Positions 51,029 to 64,000 of a DNA stretch of 64,000 nucleotides are shown piece after piece; the stretch's first letter is position 1, and every line of letters begins with the position of its first letter. Below the pieces are notes generated by a model. It ran no database searches, was not told the DNA's origin, and saw only the letters and a list, made by a program, of their open reading frames with translations. Source of the DNA: Octopus sinensis (taxonomy: Eukaryota). The stretch is taken from NCBI RefSeq assembly GCF_006345805.1, contig NC_043005.1:102982001-103046000 (forward strand), in the 5' to 3' direction. The position numbers and the translations under genes were made by a program.

Positions 51029-51846
51029 TTTTTATGTAGAAAGTTATTTAAAACTTCACTCTCCATTTTAAAGTGAATGGTAAATTTTACAGCAGTAGTT
51101 ACTTTGCAAAACACATTAAGATCAGGCACGGAACTCTTCAATAGATTATGTCTTCCTCTGTTCAGCAGCCACAGAGAACTGAAGAACTCTAGTCAATAAA
51201 CCAATGCCATTAACACATGCATATCGTATTCAATAATTTGGATTACAGTTCGCTGAAGTGTTTCCATATTTAAAAGAGATCGCTGATTCAATTCTTTTAT
51301 TATTTTTGCAATTCATTCGCAAAGCATTAGAATAAATTTTCGCTAGTAAATTTTACGTCCTTATCACGTACAAAGGAAAAAGATGCGTTAATATATCCAA
51401 GAAGCTATAATTCCGATATAAAGCACGGTCAAAAATGGAAATTTCTAAACCAGATATCATATATTATTTCTCAAATATCTATTGGAATGTTACTCAGCAG
51501 ATAGGTAAAGTTGAGTGTCATTATACACTGTAAATCACCTTTAAATAAACTCTGCAGATCCTTAAGTCGCGCATAAAATGCTGATTTTGCCGCTGAATTG
51601 AAGTTGAGGAAATATCCATTAATATACTTAGAGCAGGCGTGACTGCAGGGTTATGAGTGATAGATAACTATGAAGAGATAAGAACACCAAGATTCATTTG
51701 CATTTAGCATAAAGTAATACATTAAAATGCTTCTTCACCTAAAATACAGAACCTTGTTCTCCTAGTAAAAGATATATGTGGTATTCTGGTAGCTAAATAA
51801 GCATATATATATATTCACATACCCATATATTTATATATATATATAC

Positions 51847-51905
<59 letters not shown>

Positions 51906-52030
51906 AAAACAAAGCGAAGCGCATTGTGACCGGCGATGTATAGCAGCATCTGATGGCCTGGTCGGTCACGGTGATATATATATATATACAAATATATACA
52001 TATACATATACATATATATATATACATGTA

Positions 52031-52166
<136 letters not shown>

Positions 52167-52199
52167 CATATATATAAATACAAACATATATATATATAT

Positions 52200-52400
52200 G
52201 TTTGCATGTGGAACAAGGAAACACACGAAAACCGAAAAGTGTCACTGAAGAGGTCACAGATGTGTGACGGAGGATTTTCGGACAATGGACATGAGTCAAA
52301 ATAATAAAATAAGAACAGCAATAAACGAGTGAGGGGTGAGAAATAAAGATACAGTGCGTGTGTTTCTTTGGCCAAAAAGTGACTAACTCGGAATAGAACT
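52200..52400. mobile_element. dispersed repeat between (TA)n tracts, Penelope-like end
   Basis: Contains tgtca-CTGAAGA-g-gtcac-agatgt-gtgac and is flanked by (TA)n. Confidence 0.4.
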
Positions 52401-52789
52401 ATATATATATACATATATATATATAGTTGCATTTCGAAATGGTCACTTATTTATTTATATATATAAGCACAATGAAAGGTTACAAAACACATACAGGGAT
52501 ACCAAACTCCTATGGAAGTACTTGTTAATTACCTATACAAAGAAAATTGAGCATTCTATTTAATGCTACATTGCAAGGTAACTATATAAGCAGTGGTCTA
52601 TATATATATTATTTATTATAGTAATAACTCAATTGATACTCTTACCATGATCTTTCAAATGATTTTTTTTATTTAATTAATTAATTTTCTGAGAGCCTAA
52701 ATTAAAACACTTGTAAAGGATGTTTGTCATTTTTTAAAATTAATAAATAATAAATTATTAATTTATCAATTACCTTTCTATTCTCTCAT

Positions 52790-52887
52790 ATTATTATTAT
52801 TATTATTATTATCATTATTATTATTATTATTATTACTACTACTACTATTATTATTATTATTATTATTATTATTAGTATTAGTATTAA

Positions 52888-52934
<47 letters not shown>

Positions 52935-52975
52935 TATTATTATTATTATTATATTATTATTATTATTATTGTTAT
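52790..52975. repeat. (ATT)n array
   Basis: Direct reading. Confidence 0.95.
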
Positions 52976-54149
52976 TGTATACATGGATAGAAAGATAGAG
53001 ATACATAGATAGACAGGTTGATAGATTGATTGATATCAATATACACACATGGGCTTGCGAGTACACAAGTATGTCGAGTCAACATTTATGTAATGTAATG
53101 CTTTCTGCTGATGAGAAGACACGACGTGCCATTAGGTTTAAACACAAATTCCCAATATATGGACTCTTAGCAGAGAGAGATCTCTTGGAAGCGTGTCACT
53201 TGCGATCATGGTACGAGTACCAATTGAGCTTCTAGTATCCAGTACACTTCACTCAATATGAACAATTTAAACACGCTAGCCATGACCATCTACTTCCTCA
53301 TCAGACATATGGCCTAGGTTAGAACCCACGTATAATTTCATTTTAAAACGTAAACCATACATCCTATTCGTTTATGTTCCTGAAAAGCACTTAAGGCATA
53401 TCTATATTTCATTCTGTTGTCCAGGCATTACTCTTCACTCAACTTTAACTCTGAAGTAAAGTGCCTAGACACATGAAGATTCCACTTACATTGCCATTCA
53501 CCAATCGCTTTTGAATATTAGCAACGAATATTTAAAATTATTCTAGTTCAAAGTCTCCATTTCCACTTTGCTGAATGCATTTACTTCGTCTACTACTGAA
53601 ACCCATCAACAACTCTGCTTGTTAAGATTATTATAACCACTTTCAATTTCTGTTTACATAATTACTACTTGGATGAAAATGAAAAAAAAAATTATGTCAC
53701 AACAGGACATTAGAGAAAAAGAACCACGTGCAACATACTTATATTGCAAAATAACAGTAAACCACCAGGGTGTTAATACTCTGGAGTGTTTTGTTTTACT
53801 ATCGTAGACAGATATATACTCAATAAGAAATCGCAATTCCCATCACTATACAAGATAAAACAGCAACATCTGAAAATGGAAGTAATTTTAATGTTTTTGT
53901 CAAATTATAATAGCTTTCATTGTTAAGAGAAGTAATAAACGTCGGGGAAAAGTTGACTACTGGTGGTATTACTGTATTATCTGGCAATTATATGGACCTG
54001 GCTCTGCATGGAACGAATCACTAGACATTTTTTCATGTCAGTACATCGATGTAGGGAACAACAGAACGGAAACTGAATAACTCATGAAAGTACGAACATT
54101 GATCTTTAATTTTGATGTATATCGTTGATTTTGTAGGATACTCGTGTAA

Positions 54150-54445
54150 CTTTTATCTCTTACTAGTTTCTGTCATTGAACCGCAACGAATCAACCTCAG
54201 TACTTGTTTTTAAAGCCTGCTACTTATTCTATCTGGTATTTTGCGGAACCACACAAAGTTACGGAAACGTAAACAAACCAACGTAGGTTGTCAAGCAGTG
54301 GTGGTGACAAACGCAAAAAGAAAATGACACACACACACAAACACACTCAAGACAGTTTTCGTCTGCCTAATCTACTTACAAGACTTTGGTTGGCTCGGGG
54401 CTACAGTAGAAGATATTTACGTATGGTGTTGGACCGAAACAGGAA
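54150..54445 (-). mobile_element. highly diverged SINE of the 25-kb family
   Basis: tacttattctatc..cggaacc..ggttgtcaagcagtggtgg..ttcgtctgcc..ctcggggctacagtagaaga is recognisably colinear. Confidence 0.65.
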
Positions 54446-55829
54446 CAATCACCACCACTTATGATAAAGAGCCGCATAACCCACCAATACCGTTAAAGTA
54501 TTGTTATACACGTATTCTGAAAACAATTACCAGCATCAGAAGAATGATCGACAGTGTTCCTAATCAAGATGATGTATGTTTATTTGTAAGTCGATGCTAC
54601 TGATATTCCTTCAACTATACCCCGATAGGTTAATAGGTAACAAAATGTTTCGTTTGAAAATAGAAATAATCTTTGATTTTTTACTGTTCAAAATTTCTCA
54701 CGGTATAATATTTCTATATACCTCGTACATTTAAATTATATTAAAAATTGTTCTCTCAAGTTAACATCGCAGTATAATCGTCCAGTGATTCAATCAACAG
54801 GGAAAGCCATTCGTTGAATTAAAATGTGGAATGGGTGAGGATTCCAGACACACGTGTAATCTTAATGTAATTCTCAATTAGAACCGATGTGATACAGCGC
54901 GCATCAAAGGTAGACATTTGAATTAAAGATCCAGTTCGTAATGGGTTCCTGTGCAATCATTCTTTACCCAAATTCACTTAGAAAGCTTGGGTGCATCCTA
55001 AGCTATTATACATACACAAACACAAATTGCCATGATGTGAGACCCAACATAAAACCCTAAATTTGTGACGCGAATTACTTTACCAATCAGCCATACTTGT
55101 AGATTTAGAACTAATCAGTAATTGACGAACAATTCTAAAGTTTCTTGATGAGAAGAATGAAATCTGTTTTGCGAACATTTAGGATTTATCTTTGATGATT
55201 CATAAATTAATCTTTCTAAAATATTTCTTGAATACTTGCCAAATAACAACTTAACTTCTGAAATAACTACTTCATTTCACTCTTCCTATAATTAATCACT
55301 TAACGCACCTCAAATATTCATTTAATCTTCCTCTGAGGAGTGTTTAATTCATTACTTCATATTTTATAGGTAAATAGTAGAACTGTCGTTTCTTACATAT
55401 GATACAATGTGAGAAACATACGGTTGCTTAAACCATAGGTCGGTAACTACAATCTTCAAATCAAATGTGGCCCAAGAATTAATATCATCTGGCTCTTAGA
55501 CTTCAGTGCATATTTGACATTGCATTAAAATATATCTTGTGTTCCTTACCTACGATAGGCCAACAATTATATTCAAACTCGAAAAACAGTTCAAAAGTTT
55601 CATTTTTATAGTGGCTTCAAATCGATCGGTGTTTAAGCTACAGAAAAGGGGATAACGAGTCTCCTTGGAAAATAATCTATATTCCATTTCTACATGCTCT
55701 AGCTGTTTAACTTTATGTTGTCTGCAACACTGAATGTACACAAACATTCACGCATACATAAGTGTGCAATCATGTCATAGGCTTATAATCTACCTATGCT
55801 ATTTTTAAACTTTTCTTTCTAGATTTCAC

Positions 55830-57010
55830 TTCTTTTCGGACTGCTTTCTCAACCCTTCTTCTTGTAACTTTTCGATTCTTCTGGGAGAATGTTCTTGCTG
55901 TCAAGGTGCGCATAAATGGTTTCTGAGAGCATTCCTACAAGCAACTTCCATACTAACGGTAAGTAAAGGATTGGTCTATAACTACTAGCTATATGGTCCT
56001 TGCTTTTGCCTTTCAAAGGAGGAGCTTTTTCCCCTTCTAGTCATCCAATTCAGTATGACTCCCCCATTCAGGCAATCCTGAAGTTGTCCCTCACTCTGCT
56101 ATTTAAATACTAAATTTCTCAACTAGTACCCGGTCATGGGCCCTTCCAGTTTGACTTATTCCATACACTTTACTCACTAATGGACTAGCCGCTTCTCACT
56201 GACTTCTTCCCTCACTTTCTTTAATCACGCATCTCCTTCATGATTAACTAGTTTAGCCCAAATATCTTTACAGGTCTTTCTAGCTTCTTCCACATTAAGC
56301 TTCTCATATGCAGTAGTTTCTTCTACACTATTTATTTGGTGACAGAATCTAATTTAGTCTATCTCAAGCAATCTGTGCTGTTGATACTGTTCTATGTATT
56401 TCTGGTATGTGGAAAGCTTACCCGCTCTTGCTATGATACGCTGTTTTTGCTCTCTTTCATGGCTATCCCAAATCATTTCTCTTTGAGTATATATTTATTA
56501 TCAAGCGATTTAGATCTCGTGTCTCTTAACTTGTCTAGGCTTTTATTCTAGGCTGTTTCTACTTAGATAGTGTCTTAAATTCTTCATTTTATTTTCTAAT
56601 CTCCAATTCTACACCGGCTCCTTCCTATTCTTTCCCTGAAGGACACCTAGCCTTGCTAGTAACTACTACCCGTCCGACAAAAAAAAAAAAAACAATTTAG
56701 AGACACGTGTATTTTTGTATATGTCCTACTGATAATACGATCTACTTTCCTAGTAATATCTAGCAACTTCTTTCTATTAACACATTTGAATGCTAGTAAT
56801 ATTTTTGTTTCATATTTATTTATTACTTCTTTCAACTCATTTAAAATCTCTGGTGTCGGTCTTTCCTTCTCAATCGGTGGTGATATCACTTTTTCTTGTA
56901 GGGTCTTCCTTTGCTTCAACTATATGGCTTATGCATCATGCTTCATTATCGTTTGTACTTTTTGGTCTATCTTTTTTAGTTGACTTGCTTTATCTTCTAC
57001 CGCCATTCTG
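55830..57010 (-). mobile_element. old, heavily decayed R4/Dong-type LINE RT region
   Basis: The minus strand at 55860-55990 translates SYRPILYLPLVWKLLVGMLSETIYAHLDSKNILPEE, matching NYRPITCL..WK....I...Y.HL.....LPEEQKG. The right-hand boundary is approximate. Confidence 0.7.
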
Positions 57011-57546
57011 TCCTCCATTCATCTTTGTTACTATTATTATTGTTGTTGTTGTTGTTGCTATAACTTATTTAATTACTTATTTGCGCTTCCTTATTTTTCG
57101 GTTAATACCTTGATCGGTTTATTTAATTTTCCTGTTTCTTTTTTATTTTTCAAATATAATCGTCGCAGAAGAATCAAATGGTCAAATATTTAAAGATAAA
57201 AGGTAAATATTACATGGAACAAAGATATAAGGGAATTCTAACCAAGTCTGGGTCTGATCATTACCAGTTCAAAGGCTGGGTATTTTGTCATTTATGTTGT
57301 TGTTACGCTCGTGTTTGTGCGTGTGTATGTGTACGTGTGTGCGTGTGTATGTCAATGTGTTTGTGCGTGTGTGTGCGTATATGTGTGTGCTTGCGCGTGC
57401 AAGTGTATGGATATATGTGTGCATAAATGTATGTGCATATGTAAGTATATTTTGTTAGATTCTTTAATGTTCGTGGTAGCAGTACATTCTGTTGCATGGT
57501 TGAAATGTTACCGACAAAACTGGCTATTCCACCAAGAATACTTGGT

Positions 57547-57835
57547 GGTGGAGGCACATGGCCTACTGGTTAGAGCAGCGGACTTGCGGTCGAGGGATTG
57601 CGGATTCGAATCTCAGACCGGACGATTTGTGTGTTTATGATCGAAACACCTAGGCTCCACGCGGCTCCAGCAGAAGGTAATGGCGAAACTTCTGCTGACT
57701 CTTTCGCCACAACTTTCTCTCACTCTTTCCTCCTGCATCTTGCAGCTCACCTGCGATGGACCGGCGTCCCATCCAGGTGGGGAACCTATACGCCAAGAAA
57801 CCGGAAACCGGCCCTTCTGAGCCAGGCATGGATCG
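57547..57835 (+). mobile_element. tRNA-derived SINE (third family)
   Basis: A box tggcctactggttagagc, B box ggattcgaatctc; 3' cctgcgatggaccggcgtcccatccagg. Confidence 0.85.
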
Positions 57836-58660
57836 AGAAAGAACAAACCAAAACAATACTTGGTGGGAAAGAGAATTTTGGAGCATCCTGCAGGCGAAAA
57901 ATAGAAACCTGTTGAAAGAGACCTTTTTGACTTGTCCAACACATTGTATTCACGTTCGAGTTAAAAATCCTTACTTTTGATTTTGTTTACAAGGAATGTG
58001 ATCTCTAGATGGGTCTGAGTATCGTTGAGGTAGCTATTCTTTCCGAACCCGTGTATTTATGTCATGATTGTTTCATTCTCCTCTGACGGAGAAGCTAAAA
58101 TCATTGGCGTTGCGGACTCTCACGCTTTCTTTGTATTCCATGTTGACCATCAGGCCATATTTCATAGATAAGTTCATTGCTCTGACCACCTGCCCTATGT
58201 AAATGTGGCGCTAGGAGAGTAGGGATACGTCGATGGTGTCAATATCTTCTGGAGGCATCCTTGGTGGGAGGGGCAGGGTCACTGTATTCCTTTGCAACAA
58301 AAGTGGGGTAAAAATACTACACGTTGGTATCTCATGATTTAATAGTCCATCGTGTCAAAAATTTATTTTCAGTATCTTCAGTACGAAAGTAGAAATATGT
58401 CTATTATATTTTGCTCTGAGTTCTCGGCTTTTGAAATCAATAAGAAAGTGATTCATTCGGAATATTTTTGACCTTTCACCGTTCTCTCTTTCTCGAATGA
58501 CATGAATGTTAAATATAAGATTACTTATAATTTGAACTTGTGTCATCTGCCTTAATGGAAAGTAAATAATAAAATCTATAAAAGAAAGAGCACTTTTCTT
58601 TCAATACTATTATTTAGTGAAATTCAAAAATAATCATACCTTTCATATATCTATCTATCT

Positions 58661-58725
<65 letters not shown>

Positions 58726-58968
58726 TGTGTGCGTGTGTGTGTGTGCGTATGTATGTGTGTGTGTGTGTGTGTACGTGTGTATGTATGCATGTGTGTACGT
58801 ATGTATGTATGTCTGAATGTATATATATATTTCTAGCGTAAAAGATTCCTATGATGGAAGCCTCTTAATGTGTTTAAGTGTACACTGTATTTAATATATA
58901 TATATATATATATGTATACACATATATATATGTATATAGAGAGACATATATATGAATATCTCTATCTT

Positions 58969-59012
<44 letters not shown>

Positions 59013-60227
59013 CATACATACATACGCATGTATGTAATAGTGGATGGAGGAATAGATATATGGATTGCTATGAGTGTGGGTATACGCGAATGTGAACATA
59101 CATTCCTTGGCGCACGGCTGTATATCTACAAATATGCATGCAACTACTGACAGATGCGTTCCTGTATTAGGCTCACACAAACACATATACACAAACACAC
59201 ACATGCACGATGCACAGCCACTCACATACACAGACGATGAACCCTATTTTGCGGGTAATAAAAAACGTGTTAAATATAGCCAAAATAGGATTTTAGACAG
59301 AAACAGATCAATACCAGGTCTAGGTTATTGTGTGATATAGTGCTTACAATGGCAAATAGATATCATGCAGAAGATCAATCACTTGTTCCCAAAGGCTATC
59401 AAAGGTAACTTTAAATACAAAAATATCACATCAATATAACGAAAATAGGAATAATAATTTCTATCGTTAAAACTTCAATAATATTTTAGGAGATAAAGGT
59501 GTAAAATTATTGCCAGTTGCCATTTATTTGTTCCTGTCTTTAACACTTTCTGTCGTAGATAAACTGTGATAACTGGCATAAGAGTGATATAGAGGTGAAT
59601 AGGTAATGGATATAGTGATGCCGATTCGATAAGATTTCGGGCGCCAAACATTGAGATCCGAGAAGTAATTTTTGGTCTCCGTTGTCGAGTATAGCGTGCC
59701 TGATAAGCGAACGGCTAGACACAGAAATAATGCGGACGACGAAATATTTGCTGATTGCATTGATTTATCATTGTATTCAGTGGGTGCATATATTTGTTTG
59801 ATAGGCAATTCCTGTGCTTAGGGTTTTTAAGTTATCTATTTGTAAGTTAGAAATAAAGGCATTCATTTGGTTACTTAGCAATATGTTGTAAATTCTAACG
59901 TTTGCATGTAGTTGTCTTAGCAGCCAGTTATTAATGGTTGTATTTTGTTGGTTAGAAAAGATTTAGTATCAATGAAAATCAAAAATAAAAAGAAATTTTG
60001 TATTATGTATCAAGATAAAGACAATTAAATCAATTAGTAAATTCTTCAAATGATATCGCCAGTGTCAATATTTGGCCTCATAAATTTAGACTTCGTGTAC
60101 TGAGGACAAAAGTGGGGCCACATATTTTACAATATCTATTGCAGTATCTAATACACACGCCTCCAGTACATTAACACATAGACACACACGCACAAACATA
60201 CACTTTTATATCATAATATTTTTACCC

Positions 60228-60835
60228 TTAAAGCGGTGAGCTGGCAGAAACGTTAGCACGCCGGGCGAAATGCTTAGCAGTATTTCGTCTGCCGCTACGT
60301 TCTGAGGTCAAATTCCGCCGAGGTCAACTTTGCCTTTCATCCTTTCGGGATCGATTACATAAATACCAGTTACGCACTAGGGTCGATAAAATCGACATAA
60401 TCAGTATGTCTGTCCTTGTTTGTCCCCTCTGTGTGTAGCCCCTTGTGGACAGTAAAGAAATAGGTATGTCCTGAGTTTAAATTTTGCCGAGGCCGACTTT
60501 GCCTTTTATCCTTTCGGGGTCGATAAATTAAGTACCAGTTACGCACTGGGGTCGATGAAATCGACTTAATCCCTTTGTCTGCCTTTGTCCCTTCAATGTT
60601 TAGCTCCTTGTGAGCAATAAAGAAATAGAAACGTTAGCACCCCGGACGAAATGATTAGCGGTATTTCGTCTGTCTTTATGTTCTGAATTCAGATTCTGCC
60701 GAGGTCGACTTTGCCTTTCATCCTTTCGGGGTCAATAAATTAAATACCATTTGCGTACTTGGGTCGATCTAATCTACTGGCCGCCTCGCCAAAAATTTCT
60801 AGCCTTGTGCCTAGAGGAGAAAAGAAGAATTTTAG
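60228..60835 (+). mobile_element. SINE-like repeat present as three tandem, partly truncated units
   Basis: ccgaggtcgactttgcctttcatcctttcggggtcgataaa recurs near 60318, 60488 and 60700; the head gaaacgttagcac recurs at about 60247 and 60627. Confidence 0.85.
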
Positions 60836-61394
60836 CCTTGAATTATTATTATCATTATAATCATCATAATCATATAAATATTATTACATACTGGTGTCGT
60901 CTCCCCTAAAGATGTAGAATATTGCAATTCTCGCTGAGAGAGTATAACGGCTCGAACATGATATGACTGCAATGTGGGAATTCTAGGGAGAACTCGACGA
61001 TATGGTTCAGCCTTTGTTAAGCAAGTTTAATTCCTTTTTATGTTTGGTTATCTGCACTGGTTTATCTGACTTACCAAAAGTATATCCCATATGTCTTAAA
61101 AAGAACGGAACAATCTTAGAAATTACGCTTACGTAATTATTGTGTTCATTATTTCAAATTGCAAACAGATATTTTATTACATATAATACAAAATATTTAT
61201 GTTGGAAATACATTATGGTAACTGTAGGAGTCGTTATGTTAGTTGTTAACGAAGCCGAAACTGACAATGCAATAGTTGTCATATTTCTTCGTAATTGGTA
61301 TCGTTACATCATAGATACTTAACGTCACTAACTAACATAGGTCCGACCTAGAAAGTCTCCAATTTCAAGGACGGTATGCATATGCTTTTAGCGG

Positions 61395-62215
61395 TCCTGC
61401 GTCCGGATTGCGAAATTTTTTTTCCACGTGAGTTCTGGACCCCAGTAATGAACTCATTTGCATTCGACCAATCAGAGCTCATCTTGACCTTGTTGTCAAG
61501 TTAACAAAAGTTGACATTCAAAATGGTGACCTCCGATTGCCATGCAAATCTTGTATTGTGCTCTCATACAGTTATTTGCGCTCTCAGAAAAATAACGGAC
61601 CAGAGGTAGCCATCGTTGAAACAAGAGCAAGAACGACAAACATTATTAAAAGAGAAAATGGTACGGTTATTCCTTACCCACGTGGCCTTATCTTATCACT
61701 TGTTATGCGCTCATAAATCAATTTGATAGTTGAGCTTTGGCTGGAGGTATGCAAATGAGTTCATAACTGAGGTCCGAAAGTCTCGTGGTGAACAAAGTCG
61801 TTCCCGGTCCTAGGGTTGCTGGCGCCCCGGTCGCGAAAATTTTATCCACGAGAGTTCCGGATTCCAGTTATGAACTCAACTGCATGCAGCCAATCAGAAC
61901 TCAACAACCAAACTAATTTATGAGCGCATAACAAGTGATAGGCGATAAGATAAAGTCACTTGGGTAAGGAATGACCATGCTTCTTTTCTCTTTCAATAAT
62001 GCGTGTTGTTCTTGTTAGGCATAATCTGAGAGCTGAACGGTATCTTTCCTTTCACACTTTTCAAGCAATCCATCAACGGTCTGCCAACACGAATACGATT
62101 TCTGCCACCACCAACAACCTTTGTCAACTTAACAACAAGATCAAGGTGGGCCCTGATTGGCTATATGCAAATGAGTTAATTACTACGGTCCGGAACTTTT
62201 GCGGGAAAAAATTCG
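61395..62215. repeat. about 820-bp imperfect foldback element with four alternating sub-repeats
   Basis: Outer arms 61395-61515 / 62115-62215 and inner arms 61620-61800 / 61835-62020 are reverse complements. Confidence 0.85.
61456..62172. promoter_or_regulatory. cluster of octamer (ATGCAAAT) and CCAAT motifs within the foldback element
   Basis: Exact octamers at 61456-61463 (rc), 61542-61549, 61749-61756 and 62165-62172, and a variant at 61878-61885. CCAAT lies 4 nt from the octamer at 61468, 61890 and 62156 (rc). Function untested. Confidence 0.4.
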
Positions 62216-63588
62216 CCTCCGCATGTGTTTTAAGCAATGAAGCGCAGAACTGTGGTGTCTTTCACAATCTCATTGCTAGATTCAAGAAGAAAAAAAAGCT
62301 ATTTTGATACCGGAGACTAGTAAGAATCCTTAAAGCGGAGTAGAGGTAGTTACAGACTGTCAAGGATCAGTTGATGCTTCCAAAGTGTGCGAAGATTTAA
62401 AGAGTTTTGGTTTCTCAGTCTAATAACAGTTTTATTTCTTGCGAAACTACAATTACATTATTTATTTACTTTGGTTTAGTTGTGAAGAAAGGGACATGAT
62501 CATTGTGTTGGCAGTACTCCACAAGCCTGGAGGTCGATGTGAATAACTTACATTTCGATCAGTTGTTAATCGCAAATTGTAGGAAAAACATGTGTGAGAA
62601 GAGGATTTGTAAGTCCCGTCGTTCTGATAGGATAAGGACTTGGCGATTAGTGTGAAGCCTGAGAGAGAATGACTCATTGCAAGGTTTGGCGTGAGGTCTG
62701 AGTATGCAATAATATGAGGACGCGAGTAGTGATATCAGTGAGTGTGGACGTACTTTGATGAGCGGCAGGCGCTTTTGTAAGAACAGAAAAAAGCACGGGG
62801 AGAAAACAGTATGTGTGTGGACCAGAGATTTTTATGTGCAAGGACACAGTTTCCTGAAAATCCGTCAAGTAAACTTACAGTATATGTGGCCTCAAAGGTT
62901 TTTGACTATGTTACACCAACTACATCTCCGAAGTGTGCTCATTATCCATACAGGAACACATCGCACCCCACACACACATAGACATATATTTTTATGTCAT
63001 TATGTTGGTGGTGATGATGATTGGACATGTTATCATTCTTTATAGAAAGCTCTAACGACATAGCTATCCTGTTCTTAACCCTAACCACAGTTCTATCTCT
63101 AAACATAAATCTAAAGCAGGTTGGTGGATTTTTGTAATAAAATATCTGCTGTCTGATGTTTGTAGCATTTATAGTAACTGAAAAAAAATCATGGAGAAAT
63201 CTATTTTTCCATTCAGTAGACAGGAAATGATTATGAATTGATGGTTTTCAAAATAGACATGAAACTTTCATTTTATTCTAGGACACAGTTTTACGCGTTT
63301 TTTACTGTTATTTTTTTGTTTTATTTTATGTATGTGGACGGCAATAAAATCTCTTGAAGTTGGCACAAATTCTCATCAGAGTTCCTTAATATAATGTTCC
63401 TTTTCATTCTTCTGAAATAAATTAAATTATCCGTCATATGCTAAGGTCGGACTCATCAACTATTGTCTCTCCTCATATTACAGATGTGTGAGTGTGTGTG
63501 GCCGCATGTATATTTGCGTAAATACTCAGACAGACATAAATATCAATATATACACACGCTCTTACACAGACACACACGTACTCATGTG

Positions 63589-63595
<7 letters not shown>

Positions 63596-63639
<44 letters not shown>

Positions 63640-63647
63640 ATATATAC

Positions 63648-63687
<40 letters not shown>

Positions 63688-63892
63688 TATATATACACAC
63701 ATATTTGTGTATGTATGTGTATGTATATATATATATATATATATATGTATGAGTATATATGCATATATATGCATATATATATATATATGTTTGTATATAT
63801 ATATACATTATGTGTATATATATGTATATATATATATGATATATATATATATATATATATACGTATATATATATATATATATATAATATATA

Positions 63893-63949
<57 letters not shown>

Positions 63950-63950
63950 T
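63596..63950. repeat. (TC)n + (TA)n microsatellite array
   Basis: Direct reading. Confidence 0.95.
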
Positions 63951-64000
63951 ACAAATAATAACTATGAATCAACAAACCAGTAAGGTTTGAACATGCAGCC

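Overview
This is AT-rich, microsatellite-saturated eukaryotic DNA. Its repeat families (tRNA-derived SINEs with an AGTAAAAG tail, (TAA)n-associated R4/Dong-type LINEs, Penelope-like ends, Helitrons, mariner remnants) resemble those I associate with Octopus/coleoid cephalopod genomes; that taxonomic call is inference. I cannot support any complete host protein-coding gene, so the window looks intergenic or intronic, with a few weak exon candidates. Almost all long ORFs are microsatellite artefacts or decayed transposon genes: two nested CR1/L2-type LINEs (6.8-8.9 kb), a Helitron PIF1 helicase fragment (19.2-20.1 kb), a Penelope GIY-YIG tail (20.6-20.9 kb), a 3.3-kb R4/Dong RT+RLE LINE in a (TAA)n array (24.3-27.6 kb), mariner remnants and Tx1/L1-type fragments. 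The main observations are: (1) several minimal type I hammerhead-ribozyme-like motifs in short non-coding repeat units (best at 21196-21247), which could be Penelope/retrozyme-like; (2) a perfect 490-bp palindrome with a complete template-switch signature (21937-22485); (3) a 560-bp non-coding element with fixed ends, always found between (TAA)n tracts; (4) an ORF1-only, HAL1-like Tx1/L1 derivative; (5) an 820-bp foldback element carrying repeated octamer+CCAAT modules; and (6) many long hairpins next to (TA)n tracts. All coordinates were read by eye and may be off by a few bases.
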